A stretch of DNA of 64,000 nucleotides from Planktothrix sp. GU0601_MAG3. Its GTDB lineage: Bacteria; Cyanobacteriota; Cyanobacteriia; Cyanobacteriales; Microcoleaceae. Below are positions 57,799 through 64,000 of this stretch, in pieces. The stretch spans positions 3,604,578 to 3,668,577 of the forward strand of contig CP136572.1 of assembly GCA_035193785.1 (NCBI GenBank), read 5' to 3'. Each line of letters begins with the position of its first letter. The stretch's first letter is position 1. The translations under genes were made by a program, and so were the position numbers. The notes beneath the pieces are model-generated. The model made no database searches. It was not told the DNA's origin and saw only the letters and a list, made by a program, of their open reading frames with translations.

Positions 57799-58281
57799 AT
57801 GCAAGATTTTTCTCAAATCCTGAATAACCAAGTGTTATGGGTTGCCCTGTTAGCCTGTATTCTGGCTCAACTGTCTAAATTAGCGGTGGAGCTAGTCCAA
57901 AATGGCAAAATTAATCTGCGGGTGTTGGTGACAACCGGGGGGATGCCCAGTTCCCATTCTGCCTTTGTGGGAGCTTTAGCAACGGGAGTGGGCAAAACCA
58001 TGGGGTGGGGAAGTCCTGATTTTGCCATTGCTGTTGTTTTCGCGATTATTGTGATGTACGATGCGGCTGGAGTCCGTCAAGCAGCAGGAAAACAAGCCCG
58101 CATTTTAAATCAAATTATTGATGAAGTCTTTGAAGAAAATAAACAATTAAGCGAAGAAAGATTAATTGAATTATTAGGTCATACCCCCTTTCAAGTGATT
58201 GTTGGTTTAGGATTAGGGATTGCGATTGCTTCGATTGCCGAAATAACTTGGCCCCTACATTTTCTGCCAGCGTCTCTGTAG
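57799..58281 (+). CDS. Divergent PAP2 / DUF212 protein
   Basis: TGGMPSSHS, VMYDAAGVRQAAG, LLGHTP; adjacent to crtE. Confidence 0.9.
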   Translation: MQDFSQILNNQVLWVALLACILAQLSKLAVELVQNGKINLRVLVTTGGMPSSHSAFVGALATGVGKTMGWGSPDFAIAVVFAIIVMYDAAGVRQAAGKQARILNQIIDEVFEENKQLSEERLIELLGHTPFQVIVGLGLGIAIASIAEITWPLHFLPASL

Positions 58282-58372
58282 AAACGTTGTTATGTAACTT
58301 TTATAGGCATTATCAATCTTTATCTTTACTGTTCCCTATTCCCTATTCCCCATTCCCTACTATATCTTTAAT

Positions 58373-59122
58373 CTAAGGTTTAACCGTAGGACTAATAACT
58401 GTCACACGGTTACTATCAACCAACATCGACCAAAATCCACGACTACTTAACTTCTTTAAAGTTGCTGTTGCTCGTTCGGAATCCGTCGTATATTCTACTA
58501 ATAAATAGGGTCGCTGACCATAGGAAACTAAACCCACATTTTCACCAACTAGGGTTCTTAACTTTTGGACTAATTCCGGCTGGTTCAAATAATCCACTAA
58601 AACTGCATAACCCGACCCCAATGCCTGAGAATTAGGTGCTAAATCTAGCTTAGGGGTTGGCGGAGTTTCTCGAACAATCGGAGTCTGGCCAAGACCAGAA
58701 TTCGGACTCGGACGGGGTATGGCCGTGACCTCCTGTTTCACCACATAGGCGGGCAACTTCACCTTATCCTGTAGATAGGTGGCCCAATCCTCGGCAATTA
58801 AAGGATCACTAAATCCTCCCACCCGGGTAACTAAATTCGTCAAATAGCGACAAACCTCACTATTGATGTCATTGGGTAACGTGCGCTGCACCAATTTTTG
58901 TTCCTCTGAAGTGTTACTGACAATCAATAACAAATATTCTCCAGGCTTTGGTGCTGCACACGTTTCCTGGGCTAAACTGGTTTGGACTGCTAAACCCCAA
59001 CTGGTGGCCGTGAGCAGACTAGAAACCCAGATAGCAGATAACCTTTTGACACCACTTTGACGCATAAACACCGCAGTTGACAACAATGAAGCAACAGCTT
59101 TCATTGTACTGATCTGGGTCAA
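58373..59122 (-). CDS. Exported hypothetical protein
   Basis: Signal-like N-terminus; GYAVLVDY, GLVSYGQRPYLL. Confidence 0.7.
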   Translation of the reverse strand: MTQISTMKAVASLLSTAVFMRQSGVKRLSAIWVSSLLTATSWGLAVQTSLAQETCAAPKPGEYLLLIVSNTSEEQKLVQRTLPNDINSEVCRYLTNLVTRVGGFSDPLIAEDWATYLQDKVKLPAYVVKQEVTAIPRPSPNSGLGQTPIVRETPPTPKLDLAPNSQALGSGYAVLVDYLNQPELVQKLRTLVGENVGLVSYGQRPYLLVEYTTDSERATATLKKLSSRGFWSMLVDSNRVTVISPTVKP

Positions 59123-59139
59123 CTATTGGATCGGGATTT

Positions 59140-59470
59140 TCAAGTAGCCGTTGCTAAAGACTTTAAAGCATCGGGAATACTAGGGGTCGGGGCTTGAAAT
59201 TCTCCCTGGAATACATACTCTAAACGCAATTTCAACCAGACCACCACTTGTTTATTCGTGGAAATAATTGCCACCGCCGGTTGAGGACATTTGGCTTTAA
59301 TATCAGCCATTTCAGGAGCTTCTAAAAAAGCCGGTTGCCGCACTAACCAAAAATCGATTTCCTTTTCCTGTTCCCGATAGTTGCGTTCGCGTTCCCGCAA
59401 TACTTCTTCTAAGGGTTTCTTCCTCAAGTAAAAACTTGTGACTGCCTAAAACGTAGTAATAAGTCTGCAT
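59140..59470 (-). CDS. ycf54: Ycf54, MgPME cyclase auxiliary protein (fs 59415)
   Basis: Repaired MQTYYYVLGSHKFLLEEEPLEEVLRER...DFWLV...WLKLRLEYV. Confidence 0.92.
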
Positions 59471-59510
59471 GGTTAATCGTTGTAAATACTATCAGGGGAC
59501 GATATTCGGG

Positions 59511-60230
59511 TTAAAGTTGCCCAAAAATCGCTTGTTTCATTTCTCGGACGGCTCGCTCTAAGCCGACGAGAACTGCCCGACTTATTATTGTATGACCAAT
59601 GTTGAGTTCTTCCATCCCTTCCAGGGCGGCAACGGGATAAACATTCCAATAGGTTAACCCATGTCCGGCATTTACCCGCAGTCCCGCTTCTAAGGCCCGT
59701 TGACATCCCTCGGCCAAAATCCCCAGTTCCCTAGCCTGGTCTTCCCCTTTGGCTTCCGCGTAGCATCCCGTATGCAGTTCAATGAATTTAGCCCCCACTT
59801 GGGCCGAGGCTGCAATTTGTTGGGGGTTGGCATCAATAAACAAACTCACCGGAATTCCGGCCCCCTGTAGGGTGTTAACCACATCCATCATCCGAGGGAT
59901 TTGTCCGGCGATATCTAACCCCCCTTCGGTGGTGACTTCTTCCCGACGTTCCGGGACGAGGGTTATATAGTCGGGCTTGATGTCCAATGCGATCGCCACC
60001 ATTTCATCCGTCGCGGCCATTTCCAAATTCAGATGGGTTCTCACCGTTTGGCGCAATAGCCGCACATCCCGATCTTGAATATGGCGTCGATCTTCGCGCA
60101 AATGCACCGTAATCCCATCCGCCCCCGCTAATTCCGCCAGCACGGCCCCCGCTACGGGATCGGGCTCCACGGTACGACGGGCTTGGCGAATCGTGGCTAT
60201 ATGGTCGATATTGACTCCCAGTGTCGGCAA
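59511..60230 (-). CDS. pdxJ: Pyridoxine 5'-phosphate synthase
   Basis: TTG start with [51 protein letters not shown]. Confidence 0.96.
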   Translation of the reverse strand: MPTLGVNIDHIATIRQARRTVEPDPVAGAVLAELAGADGITVHLREDRRHIQDRDVRLLRQTVRTHLNLEMAATDEMVAIALDIKPDYITLVPERREEVTTEGGLDIAGQIPRMMDVVNTLQGAGIPVSLFIDANPQQIAASAQVGAKFIELHTGCYAEAKGEDQARELGILAEGCQRALEAGLRVNAGHGLTYWNVYPVAALEGMEELNIGHTIISRAVLVGLERAVREMKQAIFGQL

Positions 60231-60536
60231 TTTTTGTCCCTCCTTGTATCCATACCGTCCTTCACCTTGCCAAATAATTCCACTGCGGTCAAGCTTAGGC
60301 ATTTGTAATACACTTGAAGTTAATTTGTAATTCAATATTTGACAAAACTAGACGGTACAGTCTATTATTGTTCTATAACTAGACTATACTGTTTAGTTAA
60401 TAAGATTGAGAGCGCACTTATGGATATTATTTCTTTAGTCGTAATTTTAGGTGTAATTGTCGCATCGGATGAGATTATTAACAATCAATTAAAAGTCTCA
60501 AAACGCCTATTAGATTGGTTAGATCGGCACTAGAGA

Positions 60537-60609
60537 ATGGGTAATGGGTAATGGGTAATGGGTAATGGGTAATGGGTAATGGGTTTTGGGTAATGGGTTT
60601 TGGGTAATG
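60537..60609 (+). repeat. STRR (TAATGGG)n with TTTTGGG variants
   Basis: About 10 heptamer units. Confidence 0.9.
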
Positions 60610-60692
60610 AACTGATTAATGTTAATTTTTGGTTCCTTTGATCGTAGAATTAAGTTTGGGAACCGAATTTTAACCATTGTGTAACCTTGAAT

Positions 60693-61929
60693 ATGTCTTA
60701 TTATGTTTCGCCTCGTTTTCTCGACAAACTAGCAGTTCATATCACCAAAAATTTCTTACAATTGCCCGGGGTACGAGTTCCTTTGATATTAGGAATTCAT
60801 GGACGCAAGGGAGAGGGAAAAACCTTTCAATGTGAATTGGTATTTGAGAAAATGGGGTTTGAACCCGTGATGATCTCCGGTGGCGAATTAGAAAGTCCCG
60901 ATGCAGGAGATCCGGCGCGATTAATTAGATTACGCTATCGGGAAGCCGCGGAACAAGTGAAAGTTCGGGGGCAAATGTGCGCCTTATTTATTAATGATTT
61001 AGATGCCGGGGCGGGACGGTTTGATTCAGGAACCCAATATACCGTTAATACTCAATTAGTCAACGCTACATTAATGAATATAGCGGATAATCCCACCAAC
61101 GTACAATTACCCGGAAGTTATGATGCAACCCCCTTAAATCGGATTCCAATTATCGTTACAGGCAATGATTTTTCCACCCTATATGCTCCTTTAATTCGGG
61201 ACGGACGGATGGAAAAATTTTATTGGGAAACCGACTAGAGAAGAACGCATTGGGGTGTTGCGCGGGATTTTCCCCACGGGGGAACTATCCCAACAGGATA
61301 TTACGGAATTAGTTGATACTTTTCCTGAACAATCCCTAGACTTTTTTAGTGCGGTGCGATCGCGGATTTATGATGAACAAATTCGCGATTTTATTCATAA
61401 ATTAGGAGTAGAAAGTATTTCTAAACGAATTGTTAATAGTGCGGAAAAACCTCCCGAATTTCAGAATCCCAATTTCAAATTACCCCATTTAATTGAAATG
61501 GGTAAATTGATGGTAGGAGAACAAAAACGCATTCAAGATATGCGATTAGTGGAAGAATATAATCAATTTCGGACATTTAATAGTCAATTTGGAGCCGCCA
61601 CAATCCCGGTAAATGCTGAAAATCCCCTGGGTTTTCCGAGTCCGGTTGAACCGAATAGCCAGGGGAGTAAATTACCCATTGAAGTGCTAGAAAAAATCGA
61701 TTATATTTTATCCAGTGGCTATCGGGTTAGCCTAGAATCTGCTGATCAACGTCGATTCAAAACCGGGTCATGGAATAGTTGTGGGTTAAATAGTAATGAA
61801 TCAAAAGCCACTATTATTCAAGGAATTGAAGCCTGTTTAAGCGAACATCCCCAGGATTATATTCGTTTATTAGGAATTGATCCCATTGCCAAGCGGCGAG
61901 TCATCGAAATAATCATTCAGAAACCCTAA
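60693..61929 (+). CDS. rca: Rubisco activase with C-terminal RbcS-like domain (fs 61227)
   Basis: LILGIHGRKGEGKT, INDLDAGAGR, YAPLIRDGRMEKFYW; tail ADQRRFKTGSW...YIRLLGIDPIAKRRV. Confidence 0.93.
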
Positions 61930-62032
61930 TCAGAGAAGGTTTGTAGCCAAAAGTCAAGGATTTTGTGTTATACAACCAATTTGAAATTGTTATATAATAT
62001 AGGAATCCTTTTAAATCCGTGATCCCCATTAC

Positions 62033-62071
62033 CCATTCGTAATTCGTAATTCGTAATTCGTAATTACCCAT
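62033..62071 (+). repeat. STRR (AATTCGT)x4
   Basis: Short heptamer run upstream of ftsH. Confidence 0.8.
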
Positions 62072-62097
62072 TAGCAGTCAACCTTTAACCAAATACA

Positions 62098-64000
62098 ATG
62101 AGTGTAAAAGACAAACCTAAATTTCCCCGTAATCTTCCCATCGGAAGTATTTTATTTTGGTTAGGAATTATCTTTTTAATTGCCAACCTCACCTTACCCG
62201 GATTATTCGGGCCACAAATTCCCCAGGTTTCCCTATAGTTTATTTATTGAACAAGTTGAAGATGGACAGGTTTCCCAAGTTTATCTCAGCCAAGATCAAA
62301 TCCGCTATTTAGTCAAAGGAGAACAGGAAGAAGCCGGACAAATCCTATCAACTACCCCAATTTTTGATATGGATTTACCCAAACGTTTAGAAGCCAAGGG
62401 AGTTGAATTTGCCGCCGCTCCTCCCCCTCGCAATACTTGGTTTTCCAGTTTACTTGGTTGGGTGATTCCCCCCTTAATTTTTGTTGGAATTTGGGTGGCT
62501 GTCGGACAATTTATGCAGAGTCGCGGGGGCGGAGGTTTTGGCGGCCCACAGGGAGCACTTTCTATTAGTAAGAGTAAAGCCAAGGTTTATGTCGAGAATG
62601 AAGCTACCAAAGTCAGCTTTCAAGATGTAGCCGGGGTAGAAGAAGCCAAAACCGAATTAGAAGAAGTGGTGGAATTCTTAAAGACTCCCGAACGATTTTT
62701 AAAAATCGGAGCCCGGATTCCTAAAGGAGTGTTATTAGTCGGCCCCCCAGGAACAGGAAAAACCCTATTAGCCAAAGCCGTAGCCGGAGAAGCCGGGGTT
62801 CCATTCTTTAGCATTTCTGGTTCAGAATTCGTGGAATTGTTTGTTGGTGCCGGGGCGGCGCGGGTGCGAGATTTATTTGAACAAGCCAAAAAGAAAGCCC
62901 CCTGTATCATCTTTATTGACGAATTAGATGCCATTGGAAAATCCCGTTCTAGTGGGGGAATGTATGGGGGAAATGATGAACGAGAACAAACCCTCAACCA
63001 GTTATTAACCGAGATGGATGGGTTTGCCGCCGGACAAGCCACGGTGATCGTTTTAGCTGCTACCAACCGCCCGGAAACCTTAGACCCGGCGTTACTGCGT
63101 CCCGGTCGATTTGATCGCCAAGTTTTAGTTGATCGTCCCGACTTATCTGGTCGTTTAATGATCCTAGAAATCTATGCTAAAAAAGTTAAAATTGGGCCCG
63201 ATGTCGAGTTAAAAGCGATCGCCACTCGTACCCCAGGTTTTGCGGGCGCAGATTTAGCGAATTTAGTTAATGAAGCGGCCTTATTAGCTGCTAGAAATAA
63301 ACGGGAAACCGTCAGTCAAGCCGACTTTGCTGAAGCCATTGAACGGGTGATTGCTGGATTAGAAAAAAAATCCCGAGTTTCTTAACGAAAAAGAGAAGAA
63401 AATTGTCGCCTATCATGAAGTTGGTCATGCCATTGTGGGAGCGGCGGTTTCCGGTCAAAATAAAATCGCTAAAATCTCCATTGTGCCGCGGGGAATGGCA
63501 GCATTAGGATATACTTTACAACTGCCCACCGAAGACCGTTTCTTACTCAGTGAAGAAGAAATCAAAGCCGAAATTGCCATCCTATTAGGGGGACGTTCGG
63601 CCGAGGAAGTGGTGTTTGGAAGTATTACTACAGGCGCAACAAATGACCTACAACGGGCAACGGATTTAGCTGAACGCATGGTCACCAGTTATGGGATGAG
63701 TAAAGTATTGGGGCCCTTAGCCTATGAAAAGGGACAACAAAATACCTTTCTCGGCGATAATATGATGATCAATCCTCGCCGTTATGTCAGTGATGAAACC
63801 GCAAAAGCCATTGATGATGAGGTAAAACAATTAGTTGAAACTGCCCATGAAACTGCCCTAGATATCCTAAATCAAAATCAAGATTTAATGGAGAAAATTG
63901 CCCAACAAATCTTAGAAACAGAAGTGATTGAAGGGGAAAATCTGCAACACTTGTTAAATCAAGTTAAATATGAGGGCAAAATTCCCGCCACCATCGGATA
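62098..64000 (+). CDS. ftsH: ATP-dependent zinc metalloprotease FtsH (fs 62227, 63377), runs to window edge
   Basis: Two TM helices, [46 protein letters not shown]. Confidence 0.95.

Overview
Chromosomal window from a filamentous cyanobacterium. HIP1 GCGATCGC sites, heptamer STRR repeats, hetR, chlH, psb30, ycf54, rca and a CAAD-bearing valS are present; a Planktothrix-like Oscillatoriales identity is my inference. Core genes are interspersed with accessory blocks: an R-M pair plus two Uma2 genes (16.9-20 kb), a defence-like island (26.6-36.7 kb), a partly deleted sulfur operon (39.8-42.5 kb), and a RAYT transposase with a REP tandem array (46.9-48.1 kb). There is a stand-alone 5S rRNA gene and two tRNAs. 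The strongest signal is that 30 reading-frame breaks in 28 genes, including essential ones, can each be repaired by deleting one base at GAAAC/GTTTC to give GAAC/GTTC. This points to a motif-specific sequencing error caused by a DNA modification; GAAC/GTTC is the classic Dnd phosphorothioation motif. Other candidates are an RcaD-like wHTH / P-loop ATPase / DUF1802-nuclease operon (putative defence system), a glycogen phosphorylase that has lost many active-site residues, and a GC-rich alcohol dehydrogenase cassette flanked by a 30-bp direct repeat. Family assignments come from motif recognition by eye, not database searches. 'fs' means a +1 frameshift at a GAAAC/GTTTC site, treated as a probable sequencing artefact.
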